In this document: piece after piece, positions 1 to 9,401 of the stretch | Layout: each line of letters begins with the position of its first letter | How positions within the stretch are numbered: the stretch's first letter is position 1 | Source: Candidatus Falkowbacteria bacterium RIFOXYA2_FULL_47_19 | GTDB lineage: Bacteria; Patescibacteriota; Patescibacteriia; Patescibacteriales; UBA12075 | Length of the DNA stretch: 64,000 nt | Reading direction: 5' to 3' | Assembly (NCBI GenBank): GCA_001780275.1 | Contig: MFGB01000020.1 | Span: forward strand, 40,813 to 104,812 | Notes under the pieces: generated by a model | The model's database searches: none | Told to the model about the DNA's origin: nothing | The model's input: the letters and a program-made list of their open reading frames with translations, nothing else | Translations under genes and position numbers: made by a program

Positions 1-198
1 GACCGCGCGACCTATATTCCTCTCATGGGACTTATTTCGATCTACGCGTCTTTTACGCTTTACGCGTTCATGGTCCCGATATTTTCCTTGGGCCTGATCT
101 CGGCTTTTGTATATCTGCCGCTGATATTTTTTCTTTTGAACGCCGCCGGCAATGCTTTAAAAAAACAAGCTCCCGTGATAATAAAAACGGACCGATAA
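1..198 (+). CDS. C-terminal part of a membrane protein (truncated by window edge)
   Basis: Open frame 1 (DRATYIPLMGLISIYASF...KTDR*) with hydrophobic segments, stop TAA at 196-198. Confidence 0.6.
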   Translation, partial: DRATYIPLMGLISIYASFTLYAFMVPIFSLGLISAFVYLPLIFFLLNAAGNALKKQAPVIIKTDR

Positions 199-233
199 TT
201 CATTTATTCCCGAAAACATGTTAAAATAAGATT

Positions 234-986
234 ATGGATTACCGCGAGCTCGTGAACTTGGGTTTAAGCGAAAAAGAGGCTAAAGTATATTTAGCCGCTT
301 TGGAATTGGGAAAATCGCCCGTATCCCCCATAGCTCAAAAAGCGCAGGTAAACCGGGCTACGACCTATGTCATAATCGAGGGTCTTATGCAAAAAGGATT
401 GATGACCGTTTCAGAAGAAGAGAAAATACAATGTTTCGCGGCCGAATCGCCGGACAAGCTCGGGCTTTTATTCCGTGAACGGGAGATGGCGATCGCACGC
501 CAGCGGGAGTATCTCGAGAAGCTTCTTCCTCAATTGCGCTCGCTCGACAATACGAGCAAAGATAAACCGGTGGTCAAATACTATTCCGGACGGAGCGGCG
601 TTATCGCAATGGTCGAAAGCCTTCTGGACGATATCAAGGATACTACCGTCAAAATGGCCTTTTCGGTGGACGCGGTCGAAAATTTCTTCACGCCGGAAGA
701 GAGTTCGCGCTGGCGGAAAAAAAGGCTGCAAAAAAATATTACCACCAAGGTGATATACACCATGAAAAAGGGGAAACTGTCCGAAGTGGAAAAAAGCCGC
801 GACCGGAAAGTGCCGTTGGAAAAATACCCGATAAAAAGCGATATCGCGATTTACGGCGATAAAGTCAGGATAGCTTCTTTGGGCGGACGCCTTATGGGTA
901 TAGTGATCGAGGACCGGGAGATCGCCGATACTTTTCGGGCCATCCTGGATCTCGCCTGGGAAGGGGCGGAAAAATACCGGGAATAA
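234..986 (+). CDS. TrmB-family transcriptional regulator
   Basis: N-terminal LGLSEKEAKVYLAALELG...IAQKAQVNRATTY HTH; C-terminal IAIYGDKV..S...GIVIED. Confidence 0.9.
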   Translation: MDYRELVNLGLSEKEAKVYLAALELGKSPVSPIAQKAQVNRATTYVIIEGLMQKGLMTVSEEEKIQCFAAESPDKLGLLFREREMAIARQREYLEKLLPQLRSLDNTSKDKPVVKYYSGRSGVIAMVESLLDDIKDTTVKMAFSVDAVENFFTPEESSRWRKKRLQKNITTKVIYTMKKGKLSEVEKSRDRKVPLEKYPIKSDIAIYGDKVRIASLGGRLMGIVIEDREIADTFRAILDLAWEGAEKYRE

Positions 987-1032
987 GCCGATATCTTCCA
1001 TATTTAAAATCCCGCTTTAGGGCGGGATATTT

Positions 1033-1620
1033 TTATTGAAAGAACCTGCAGATAATTCGCGCTTGCCTGGGTACTTCCGGCGGAATTATCACTAAAGTCA
1101 CTTTATCGAAATTAGCCTGCGTTCTGCCGTTCAGCCTGATCTCTAAGGGCATGCCTTGATACAGGCTTAACTCCGAAGCAGTGTAAACCGCGCGCGATAG
1201 CGAAAATTTTCCCGGCGTAATATCCAGAGAAGATTCGGAGACGAGAATATTGTCGCCGGCGCATAATTCGACCGAATAATTTCCGCAGGGATGGTCAGTC
1301 CTTTTGCCCACGTAAACTTCGAGGACATAGGTAAAACCCGCGGCCAGCTTCTCTTTTAAAACCTGTCTTATTGATCCGCCGTTTGTCCAGGCAACATTAT
1401 GCCCGTCCGGAACTCCCCCGGGGTAGATGAATATATCGGGCCGGAACGTCCCCGCGAGTCGCGGTCCGACTACCCTCCAGCCGGATATGATATTATTGAC
1501 CCAGGTTCCGCCCTGGCCCATTATCCAGTTCTGTCCGGGCTTATCCTCCTCAAATGAAGGGTTATCGACGCGGGCTTCATAAATACCTTCTTTCGTTATT
1601 TCTTTTCGCTTGTCTTCCAT
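1033..1620 (-). CDS. Hypothetical protein with a beta-sandwich (CBM-like) domain
   Basis: NPSFE start motif and FDKVTL end motif typical of galactose-binding-like folds; SD GGAG. Confidence 0.55.
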   Translation of the reverse strand: MEDKRKEITKEGIYEARVDNPSFEEDKPGQNWIMGQGGTWVNNIISGWRVVGPRLAGTFRPDIFIYPGGVPDGHNVAWTNGGSIRQVLKEKLAAGFTYVLEVYVGKRTDHPCGNYSVELCAGDNILVSESSLDITPGKFSLSRAVYTASELSLYQGMPLEIRLNGRTQANFDKVTLVIIPPEVPRQARIICRFFQ

Positions 1621-2373
1621 TTATCCGTCTCCCTTGCAGCGAATATCATGAGTCACTTCTAAAAAAACCTTTACAATAAAATTATGTCTTAAAAATATTA
1701 AAAAACGCTTAAATAACGCGGACGACTTTCGATTTTTTTATAATAAAACGGCCCCGGATCTTTCCGGGGCCTTGATGTTATGGCGCGGCTATTTTATCAT
1801 TTGTTCCTCTTTTCGGTTTAAGGTGCGATGCTTTTGCGGATACTCTTCCGCGGTCTTGGCCGACAATCTTAGATTAATTTACCGATTCATCTTTTTATTC
1901 TCCTTTCTTTTCGGCTTTACGCGGCCGGCTCTTTCCCTTACTGGGGTCCCCCGGTTCGAAAACCGGGGGCAATGCCCCTTCAGGGTTTTTTAGCGGCCCA
2001 TGGTAAGCCTCCTGATTTTTGTTGGCGTTTAAAAAAATATTTATGGGTAACACGTAAATGAATCTTAGCGTATTTTAGTAATTCTGTCAATAGCTGCTGA
2101 CAAAATTTAAAATGTGAGTCTGAATTATGTTTTTTATAGGGCATTTTAACTAAAAACAAAAGTTAAAATAAATAAACAAATAAAAATAACATAATAATCA
2201 ATTTTTTAGTTGTATATAATCAACAAATATTTTAGTTTATTTTTATTTAAAATAGGCTAAAAAATATATATATTTTAATATTTTGTCAAAGACTATTGAC
2301 AATATTTTTTAACCATGCTAAGCTGGACTTAGATCGTTAATAAAACCAATAACAAAAGCCGGGAGAGAAGCTC

Positions 2374-2532
2374 ATGAAATTTACAAAAAAAGAATTAAAG
2401 CCGCTCGAAGGTTGCCGGGGATGCGCAAAAAAATGCCAATGGAACGGGCCCGTCGCCCCCAAAGATTCGGCCCAAAATAAGGACGTTAAATTTTATCCCT
2501 GCCACTCGCGAAACAATCCCGGCCAGAAGTAG
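2374..2532 (+). CDS. 52-aa Cys-rich small protein (not in the ORF track)
   Basis: MKFTKKELKPLEGCRGCAKKCQWNGP...YPCHSRNNPGQK*; GGAG SD; TTGACA promoter-like site upstream. Confidence 0.45.
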   Translation: MKFTKKELKPLEGCRGCAKKCQWNGPVAPKDSAQNKDVKFYPCHSRNNPGQK

Positions 2533-2567
2533 TCAAATTTTTTTACCACCCCCAAAAGGAGGATCAG

Positions 2568-2765
2568 ATGGCTAAACCGAAAAAAGAAGGCAAAAAAAAC
2601 CGCAAGATCGGGCGCGCCGCCCGTAAACCGGCTCATACGAGCTATACCCGCGAACGCCGCTGGGAGACGAACAAGGAGCGCCGGATGGCTCGCCAGGCCA
2701 AGTTCGAGGCCAAAAAAGAGGCCGAAACCCAATCTGCCGCCCAAGCCGGAAAAATTCCGGCCTAG
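2568..2765 (+). CDS. Small highly basic protein
   Basis: Strong SD AGGAGG, K/R-rich 65 aa, followed by a terminator hairpin. Confidence 0.6.
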   Translation: MAKPKKEGKKNRKIGRAARKPAHTSYTRERRWETNKERRMARQAKFEAKKEAETQSAAQAGKIPA

Positions 2766-2921
2766 CCCTTATCGATCAATCCGGGGAGCCTAACCGCTCC
2801 CCTATTTTTTTTAAGGATCTTTTCGGATAACGACTTCAGACCTAGGCCGTTTTTAAATTTTAATTTTAACTTAATTTTATTGTCATACTATAAAACATAA
2901 AATAATTATTTAACTTAACAT

Positions 2922-3257
2922 ATGGAAATTTTAATATCGTGGGCAATCTCAGCGCTGATTATATTGGCGGCGGGCTATTTACTTCCCGGCATAAAGATAT
3001 CCGGATTTTTCTCGGCATTACTGGTGGCGTTGGTTTTGGGCATAATCAATGCGTTTATAAAGCCGCTTTTATTGCTCCTAACATTGCCGATAAACATCCT
3101 GACGCTTGGTTTGTTTACCCTGGTAATAAACGCCCTCTTGGTCATGCTTGTGGCCGCGATCGTTCCCGGTTTCCAAGTAAAAAATTTCTGGTGGGCGCTT
3201 TTATTCAGCGTGTGTTTATGGGCGGCCAATTGGCTTATGTCCCGTGTTTTTACTTAA
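2922..3257 (+). CDS. YvlD/DUF360 (4-TMS phage holin superfamily IV) membrane protein
   Basis: LGIINAFIKPLL..LTLPINILTLGLF..VINAL motif. Confidence 0.9.
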   Translation: MEILISWAISALIILAAGYLLPGIKISGFFSALLVALVLGIINAFIKPLLLLLTLPINILTLGLFTLVINALLVMLVAAIVPGFQVKNFWWALLFSVCLWAANWLMSRVFT

Positions 3258-3262
3258 ATCGA

Positions 3263-3610
3263 ATGCCGGCTATAACGATAAAACGCGTTTACGAAGAACC
3301 GTCCGAAAAGGACGGTTTGCGGATTTTAGTCGACCGGCTTTGGCCTCGCGGATTGAATAAAGAAAAAGCGACCATTGATCTTTGGCTTAAAGATATCGCC
3401 CCCAGCGAAGATCTGAGAAAATGGTTCGGACACGATCCCGGCAAATGGGCCGAATTCAAAAAAAGATACGGGCAGGAGCTCCGGGGGAATCGATCGGCTT
3501 TAGAGGCGCTGAAGATAATTGTCCGGGAAAATCACCGGGTCTGCCTGCTTTACGCGGCCAAAGACGAAAAGCACAATAACGCTGCCGTTTTATTAAAATA
3601 CTTAAAATAA
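3263..3610 (+). CDS. DUF488/YeaO family protein
   Basis: IKRVYE...DGLRILVDRLWPRG...WLKDIAPS..LRKWFGHDP; start reassigned to ATG 3263. Confidence 0.92.
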   Translation: MPAITIKRVYEEPSEKDGLRILVDRLWPRGLNKEKATIDLWLKDIAPSEDLRKWFGHDPGKWAEFKKRYGQELRGNRSALEALKIIVRENHRVCLLYAAKDEKHNNAAVLLKYLK

Positions 3611-3699
3611 TAACCCGATAAATTCAAGGAGGAAACCGTCTTTTTTTAAGGGCGGTTTTATTTGCCAATAAGGATGTATGTTGTTAAAATGAAAATAAT

Positions 3700-4434
3700 A
3701 TGGATAAATCGATCATCATCATTCTTATCGCCCTGGCCGGACCCCTCTTGGGCGCCGTACTCGGCATCTGCGGGCGTTACAAGGAAAAGCAGGTATATTA
3801 TCTTCTAAGTTTCGCCGCCGGTGTAATGGCGTTTATTTCGATTTTCGAGCTTTTACCTGAAAGCCTTATTCATGGTTACGTTTTTCACTCTGTCCTGGGC
3901 TTGCTTTCGGGCGGTCTCGTCATGCACGTCTTAAATATCGTTTTACCGCATTTCCATCACCCGGAATGCGGCCAAAACAAGCTTAAACGCGCGACTTTAT
4001 TCGTTTTTTTAGGGATTGCCATCCATAATCTGCCGGAAGGCGCGGCTATCGGCATTGGAGCGTTCGCTGATTTAAAATTTTCCCTGGTTATCGCGCTGGC
4101 TATAGCGCTTCACGATATCCCCGAAGCTATTTGCGTCGCCGCGCCGCTCTATTCCGTTACCGGAAAAAAATGGAAATCTTTTTTTCTGGCGCTCTTGGCG
4201 GCCGTCCCCACGATTCTGGGATTTTTATTGACTTATTATTTCCTGGGAGATATCTCTTTAAAGACTTTAAGCCTCGTCATAAGTTTTACAGCCGGCGTTA
4301 TGCTCTATATTTCTTTCTTCGAAATAATTCCCGTCGTACTTGAAGGCCGCCTGGGAAAAAAATATGCCGGCGCCTGCTTTATGGCCGGTGTTTTACTGGT
4401 CTTCATTTTAGAGAAGATACTCGACTTGAATTAA
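3700..4434 (+). CDS. ZIP family divalent metal transporter (ZupT/GufA-like)
   Basis: HNLPEG and HDIPE motifs, His-containing loop, multiple TM segments. Confidence 0.9.
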   Translation: MDKSIIIILIALAGPLLGAVLGICGRYKEKQVYYLLSFAAGVMAFISIFELLPESLIHGYVFHSVLGLLSGGLVMHVLNIVLPHFHHPECGQNKLKRATLFVFLGIAIHNLPEGAAIGIGAFADLKFSLVIALAIALHDIPEAICVAAPLYSVTGKKWKSFFLALLAAVPTILGFLLTYYFLGDISLKTLSLVISFTAGVMLYISFFEIIPVVLEGRLGKKYAGACFMAGVLLVFILEKILDLN

Positions 4435-4446
4435 GACCGTAATCAT

Positions 4447-5556
4447 ATGAAAAACGCGATAGCGATAATAACGCTTCTCTTTCTCTTCTGCCCGTATGTT
4501 TCCCGCGCGCAGGAAACGCCCGAAAAAGACGAAATTTTTCAGGCGCGGATAATCGCCGTGATCGCGGAGGAAGAAAAAACCGCCGATGACGGCAGTAAGT
4601 TCATCCAGCAGCATCTTAAATTGATCGGCCTTGAGGGCAGATACGACGACAAAGAATTCGAATTTAACGGTATCGGCGATATCGATGTTCTAAGTAAACA
4701 CGTCTTCGCGCCGGGCGACAAAGTAACTGTGGCGGCCAGCTACGGAGAAGGAAGCGAAGTTAATTTTTATATAGTGGATTTTGTCCGCTCGGAATCCCTC
4801 TGGCTGCTCGCCGCCCTTTTTTTGGCGGCTTTGCTCGCGATCGGCCGATTTAAAGGCTTTCGATCCCTTATAGCCTTGACCATCACCTTTCTGATCATAT
4901 TGAAATACATGATCCCGCAGATACTCTCCGGCACCGACCCTCTTTTAGTTACGGCGATCGGGTCCGTCCTGATACTCTTCTCTATAATATATATTACCGA
5001 GGGTTTTTGCTCCCGGGCGAACATATCGATATTAAGCATATTTTTAAGCCTGATATTAACGGTGGTCCTGGCGAATATCTTCGTCGGATTAACGAAGCTT
5101 ACGGGCGTAACCAGCGAAGACGTCCTTTTCCTGTCGGATATCGGGGGCGCGTCCCTGAATCTGCAGGGGCTTCTTTTGGCCGGGATCATCATCGGCACTC
5201 TCGGGGTTCTGGATGATATCGTAATTTCCCAGGTGGCTACGGTCGAACAGATAATCAGGGCTAATCCCGGTTTAACCAAAAAAGAATTATTCGGCAAGGC
5301 CTATGACGTGGGCACGTCCCATATCGCCTCTATGACCAACACCCTTTTTCTCGCTTACGCCGGCGCCTCATTGCCCCTTCTTGTTCTCTTCGCGTCCGGG
5401 GCAAGCGCCTTCACGGGCTGGGCGCAAGCCGTAAACACCGAACTCATCGCCACGGAGATCGTCCGGACGCTGGCGGGAAGCATCGGCCTCGTCTTGGCGG
5501 TTCCGATCTCCACCTATATCGCGGTTCTGTGGCATAAAAGAACCGGGATGCGTTAA
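4447..5556 (+). CDS. YibE/F family membrane protein
   Basis: GIIIGTLGVLDDI...HIASMTNTLFLAYAGASLP...EIVRTLAGSIGL. Confidence 0.9.
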   Translation: MKNAIAIITLLFLFCPYVSRAQETPEKDEIFQARIIAVIAEEEKTADDGSKFIQQHLKLIGLEGRYDDKEFEFNGIGDIDVLSKHVFAPGDKVTVAASYGEGSEVNFYIVDFVRSESLWLLAALFLAALLAIGRFKGFRSLIALTITFLIILKYMIPQILSGTDPLLVTAIGSVLILFSIIYITEGFCSRANISILSIFLSLILTVVLANIFVGLTKLTGVTSEDVLFLSDIGGASLNLQGLLLAGIIIGTLGVLDDIVISQVATVEQIIRANPGLTKKELFGKAYDVGTSHIASMTNTLFLAYAGASLPLLVLFASGASAFTGWAQAVNTELIATEIVRTLAGSIGLVLAVPISTYIAVLWHKRTGMR

Positions 5557-5761
5557 TTCTTGCATTTTTTTTAATACTTTGCTAATATAATTTTGAAACA
5601 AAAAATGATATTGCGTGAATATTTTTTAATACTCGAAGAAATCCACCGGCGAAGCTGGTCGTCCACGGTTTCAAGTTGCGGACGAAGTCAGATATGTTCA
5701 TTTTAGGAATAAACGGATTCGAAATATATCGATAGTGGGTTTGCCCGTATGATCATTGTTG

Positions 5762-5951
5762 TTTGTCATTCCCGCGAAAGCGGGAATCCAGCCTGCCTGC
5801 CGGCAGGCAGGGGGTAGGCGGGATTAGCCATGCATTACGTATGTAATTGTCGGTACGGATTAATCCTGGATCCCCGATATCCGCCCCGGGCGGATTCGGG
5901 GATGACAAATTAACGTTTTGGAGAAGAGGACGAAGTCGGTGTGTAGCTTAA
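5762..5951. repeat. REP/MITE-like element copy 1 (GTCATTCCCGCGAAAGCGGGAATCCA...GGATCCCCG...CGGGGATGAC) with nested palindromes
   Basis: Terminal inverted repeats TTTGTCATTCCCG / CGGGGATGACAAA; homologous copy at 51091-51299. Confidence 0.8.
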
Positions 5952-5962
5952 CATATAATTCT

Positions 5963-6058
5963 GCCCGGATGGTGAAATGGTAGACACGAGAGACTTAACC
6001 ATGCACCACGAAGGGTGCATGGTTACCCGGAACCCGACGTGGTTCCGGGTAAAATCTC
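5963..6058 (+). pseudogene. 5' fragment of tRNA-Leu(TAA) interrupted in the anticodon by two palindromes
   Basis: 5963-5997 identical to the 5' end of the tRNA at 6332; resumes AAATCTC at 6052-6058. Confidence 0.85.
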
Positions 6059-6073
6059 CACTCGATATGTTTT

Positions 6074-6325
6074 ATGTATTTCGTTTATATATTATTAATG
6101 AATAATAAAAAGCTGTACACGGGCTATACATCAAACATAAAAAGAAGGCTGAATGAACACAAACGAGGAGCGAATGAAACAACTAAAAAATATTTACCAA
6201 TAAAACTGATATTCTGTGAAATATTTTTAAACAAAAAAGACGCCGAGAGAAGGGAAAAGTATTTTAAAACGAGTAAGGGAAAAAGCACTATAAAATTAAT
6301 GTTACGGGAATATTTTCAAAAATAA
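6074..6325 (+). CDS. Small standalone GIY-YIG endonuclease (UPF0213-like)
   Basis: YFVYIL...LYTGYT..IKRRLNEH..G...TK...E......A..RE.Y.K. Confidence 0.92.
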   Translation: MYFVYILLMNNKKLYTGYTSNIKRRLNEHKRGANETTKKYLPIKLIFCEIFLNKKDAERREKYFKTSKGKSTIKLMLREYFQK

Positions 6326-6331
6326 TTTTCT

Positions 6332-6414
6332 GCCCGGATGGTGAAATGGTAGACACGAGAGACTTAAAATCTCTTGGCCGCAAGGCCATGCCGGTTCAAG
6401 TCCGGCTCCGGGCA
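6332..6414 (+). tRNA. tRNA-Leu(TAA)
   Basis: Cloverleaf: acceptor GCCCGGA/TCCGGGC, anticodon arm AGAGA-CTTAAAA-TCTCT, long variable arm, GGTTCAAGTCC; terminator downstream. Confidence 0.97.
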
Positions 6415-6528
6415 CAAACAAAAGGCCGCGCCACAGCGCGGTCTTTTTGATTTAAGCTATGCTTTCGCAAATGCATGCAGTATGTAAAAAGCCTAAAAAT
6501 ATAACTGTTTTATTATCACAACGAAACA

Positions 6529-6557
6529 TTGACAAATTTAGATAAAACTGTTATACT
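6529..6557 (+). promoter_or_regulatory. Sigma70-type promoter
   Basis: TTGACA-17 nt-TATACT with extended -10 TG. Confidence 0.6.
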
Positions 6558-6748
6558 AATGAAATAAAAATTGCTTTAAATTTATAATCAATTTTTACTC
6601 AGGATCTTTGCTAACTTGCAGGCGAGTGTATTAATTATAACGCTTAATTGCGCTAACAGGATATTCAATGCGTTGCTCTTTAGAGACAAACCGCTAGTGC
6701 ATGGGACGGCGCGAGTCAAAAAACAAAAACAAAGAAAGGAATCACGTT

Positions 6749-7147
6749 ATGATCAGAGACATTTTTTCTTCTCTCTCGTCGTTCATAGACAAGTGTCTAG
6801 AGGTGCTACTCGTGTTTATCGCAGTTGGATTGCTGGGGCTGTTGATTTTCATCATGGTCGATTCCGTTGGGATAACTCCCACGAATACGACGACCACGGT
6901 AGTTGAGGTAAGACAGGTCGTTCCTGCTCACACTACAATACTTCTTCTTGGGGAGACCACCTTCCCACAGTATCACCCCGAATCCTATCGGCTATACTTT
7001 AAAATAGATGGGGAAAAAGTTTTTCTTACGGTTGGAAAAAAATTCTTCGCTGACGTCAAGGTCGGGGACATGATTGAGGTCGATTACGGGTTTGAAAGAT
7101 TGAGCAAGTTACCCCAGCCGATAAAAATCAGGCTGGTAACCAGATAA
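6749..7147 (+). CDS. Membrane-anchored hypothetical protein (possible OB-fold-like C-terminus)
   Basis: SD AAGGA before ATG 6749, one TM helix, terminator downstream. Confidence 0.6.
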   Translation: MIRDIFSSLSSFIDKCLEVLLVFIAVGLLGLLIFIMVDSVGITPTNTTTTVVEVRQVVPAHTTILLLGETTFPQYHPESYRLYFKIDGEKVFLTVGKKFFADVKVGDMIEVDYGFERLSKLPQPIKIRLVTR

Positions 7148-7380
7148 GCTGGACAAATCTCAAGGCCCCAGTGGTAGCAGTTACTACGTGGGGCCTTTTT
7201 ATTTTTACAATGAACCAAGAATTTGCCGCCAGTACTTTCCCGTTTTCGCAGGGAGACTTCCTTGCCCGGACTAATCCAAGTATTCCGCGATCTGAATTTC
7301 GAATGTCGATTGCCGATTGACGAATACAAAAACAGCGGCGCAAAAAATACGATCGATCGTGTATTCGCGCCGCTGTTTTT

Positions 7381-7899
7381 TTATTTCCAGATTTTTTTCA
7401 GTTTTTCGTTCAGACCGTATATTTCGCCGTCGCTTAGTCCGCCTTTGTTTTTGTCGTCATTATCGGCTTCGTCTATTTTTTCTTTTTTCCGGATGATCCG
7501 TTCCGCCCAATCGGTCGATCTTTCCAGGCGTACGCCATACCGAGTTTCACCCGCGGCCGCTTCCAGTCTTTGTCTCAATAAATTATCATCCGTAACCACG
7601 ACTATCCCTCGTTCCGCGCCGGCGAAATCTCCGCTTATGAAGCTTCCGCGCACCATCTCGACGATCTTGTCGTCGGCCGAACGGTAAAAATCGTCTTTGG
7701 GAGAGTAAATGACGGTCAAATTGTGGTCGATCAAAATTTTATCGCCCATTTTGTCTGTACCGTCAAAAACCAGCGTGATATTAACGCCCCTGTCCCGGTT
7801 AAATTCACGGATCATATCAATCAGCTTTCTGTCAAAATCATCCTGCCCGAGCATCTTTAATTTACCGGCTAAATTGTTTGCATCAATAATGAAGTGCAT
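7381..7899 (-). CDS. NYN domain protein (YacP/Rae1-like RNase)
   Basis: IIDANN...LVFDG...SADDKI...VVTDD..L motifs. Confidence 0.8.
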   Translation of the reverse strand: MHFIIDANNLAGKLKMLGQDDFDRKLIDMIREFNRDRGVNITLVFDGTDKMGDKILIDHNLTVIYSPKDDFYRSADDKIVEMVRGSFISGDFAGAERGIVVVTDDNLLRQRLEAAAGETRYGVRLERSTDWAERIIRKKEKIDEADNDDKNKGGLSDGEIYGLNEKLKKIWK

Positions 7900-7999
7900 A
7901 TTTTATGCCCGCGAATTTTTGTAAGCTGAAAACCGCCAGTCGGCGGTTTTCATAAATTTTATTTAATATTTCTTATTCGTAATTCGAAATTCGACATTC

Positions 8000-9286
8000 T
8001 TAATTTACGATATTCCATTCCCTAAGCTTGTCTATGACCTTGCGGCTCGTGAGGACATTTAAAATATAGCTTCTGTATTCCGGGGTATCGAACCGGCCGG
8101 CCAGATCTTTGTGGTCCTTATATTGTTTTTTCATCTCCTCGACATTTTTTTCCACCTCCGAGGCCTCGACCCTGATCTTTTCCGCTTCGGCCACTTCGCG
8201 CACCAGCAGAGAGGTTTTTACGCGCTTGACCGCTTCCGGCAGAAGGTCGAGGGTAAGCTGTTCCTTGCTTTTGCCCAGGCTCGAAAGATAATCCTCGAAC
8301 TTGCCGCCCCTCTCGGTAACGGTCTGCTCGAGTTCGGCAAGCATGGTGTTCGCTTCGTGTTCGATCAATACCTCCGGCATATCGCCGAAACGGGCTTTAC
8401 CGACCAGTTTTTCAAGCATCTCTTTTTCGGCCGACTGCTCCGCTTCGCGCTTTTTCTGCTCTTCCAGACTCTTTTTTATGTTAGTCGTAAGCTCTTCCAT
8501 GTTCTTAAGTCCGAAACCGGCCGCCAGCTCGTCGTTAAGTTCCGGCAATACGCGTTCGTAAACTTCATTGACCTTAGCCTTGAATTCGATCATCTTTCCG
8601 GCTAAATTTTTCATATGGTGGTCTTTCGGGTAAGGCAAGCTGAATTCGCGGGTCTCGCCCTTTTTCATGCCTAGAATCTTCTTGTCGAAACCGGGCACGA
8701 CATAATTCTTGCCGATAACCACAGCCGCACCTTTGCCCTGGCCGCCCTCGACCGGCACTTTATCCAAAAACATATTGATGTCCGTGAGAACTTTGTCTCC
8801 GTCTTTTATTTCCCGGTCGACCAAAACCTCTTTTACCTTCATTTCCCGGATTTCGTTCATCATCCGGTCTGTTTCCTCCGCCTCGACAGTCGCTTTCTTC
8901 TGCTTGACCTTAAGGTCTTTATATTCTCCGAGCGTAACCGCCGGCAATATCGCGATAACGATCTTATAGACAAGAGGATTGCCGGGAGCGATCTTCGTGA
9001 TATCGACCTTCGGACTTCCCACCGGTTGGCCCTTGACGTGCTCCCTGAATACCTTGTCGATGGTTTTATCAATCGCGATCCGACTGGCCTCCTCAAGGAT
9101 CGTCATCTCCCCGATCTTCTTCTTTAATATTTCATAAGGCACGTTGCCCGGGCGGAAACCGTCGATCTTCACTTCCCGCGAGACCTTGGCCGCGCCTGCG
9201 AGGATATACGGTTTGAATTCGTCTACCGACAGTTCGACGGTCAGTTCCACCTGCGACTTCGGCAGTTCTTTTTTTTCTACATGCAT
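8000..9286 (-). CDS. tig: Trigger factor
   Basis: GFRPGNVP ribosome-binding signature, FKBP domain (VPGFDKKILGMKKGE). Confidence 0.97.
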   Translation of the reverse strand: MHVEKKELPKSQVELTVELSVDEFKPYILAGAAKVSREVKIDGFRPGNVPYEILKKKIGEMTILEEASRIAIDKTIDKVFREHVKGQPVGSPKVDITKIAPGNPLVYKIVIAILPAVTLGEYKDLKVKQKKATVEAEETDRMMNEIREMKVKEVLVDREIKDGDKVLTDINMFLDKVPVEGGQGKGAAVVIGKNYVVPGFDKKILGMKKGETREFSLPYPKDHHMKNLAGKMIEFKAKVNEVYERVLPELNDELAAGFGLKNMEELTTNIKKSLEEQKKREAEQSAEKEMLEKLVGKARFGDMPEVLIEHEANTMLAELEQTVTERGGKFEDYLSSLGKSKEQLTLDLLPEAVKRVKTSLLVREVAEAEKIRVEASEVEKNVEEMKKQYKDHKDLAGRFDTPEYRSYILNVLTSRKVIDKLREWNIVN

Positions 9287-9401
9287 ACGTATAATGCGAA
9301 TCTACGAATGATATGCGAATCCGCGAATATGCGAATCCGGCATACCAATTGTATTCCGTCAATTAGCTTGTATAGAATATCTTTTTGGCAATAACTTAAA
9401 A

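Noticed and set aside
1790..2001. Minus-strand basic reading frame with GGAGG SD and in-frame TAA stops (possible recoding)
   Set aside because: All confident genes use standard stops; more likely non-coding or decayed sequence
2922..3257. Prophage implied by the holin-family gene
   Set aside because: YvlD-type proteins are common chromosomal genes and no phage structural genes are nearby
2939..3262. Long N-terminal extension of the DUF488 ORF
   Set aside because: Overlaps the YvlD gene in another frame; real start is ATG 3263
5963..6414. tRNA-Leu split by a group I intron carrying a homing endonuclease
   Set aside because: The downstream tRNA is complete by itself, the 5' half is duplicated, and no group I core elements were recognised
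9295..9340. Short ATGCGAAT-type tandem repeats (similar tracts near 7975 and 12475-12570)
   Set aside because: Degenerate low-complexity intergenic repeats with no associated gene or clear structure
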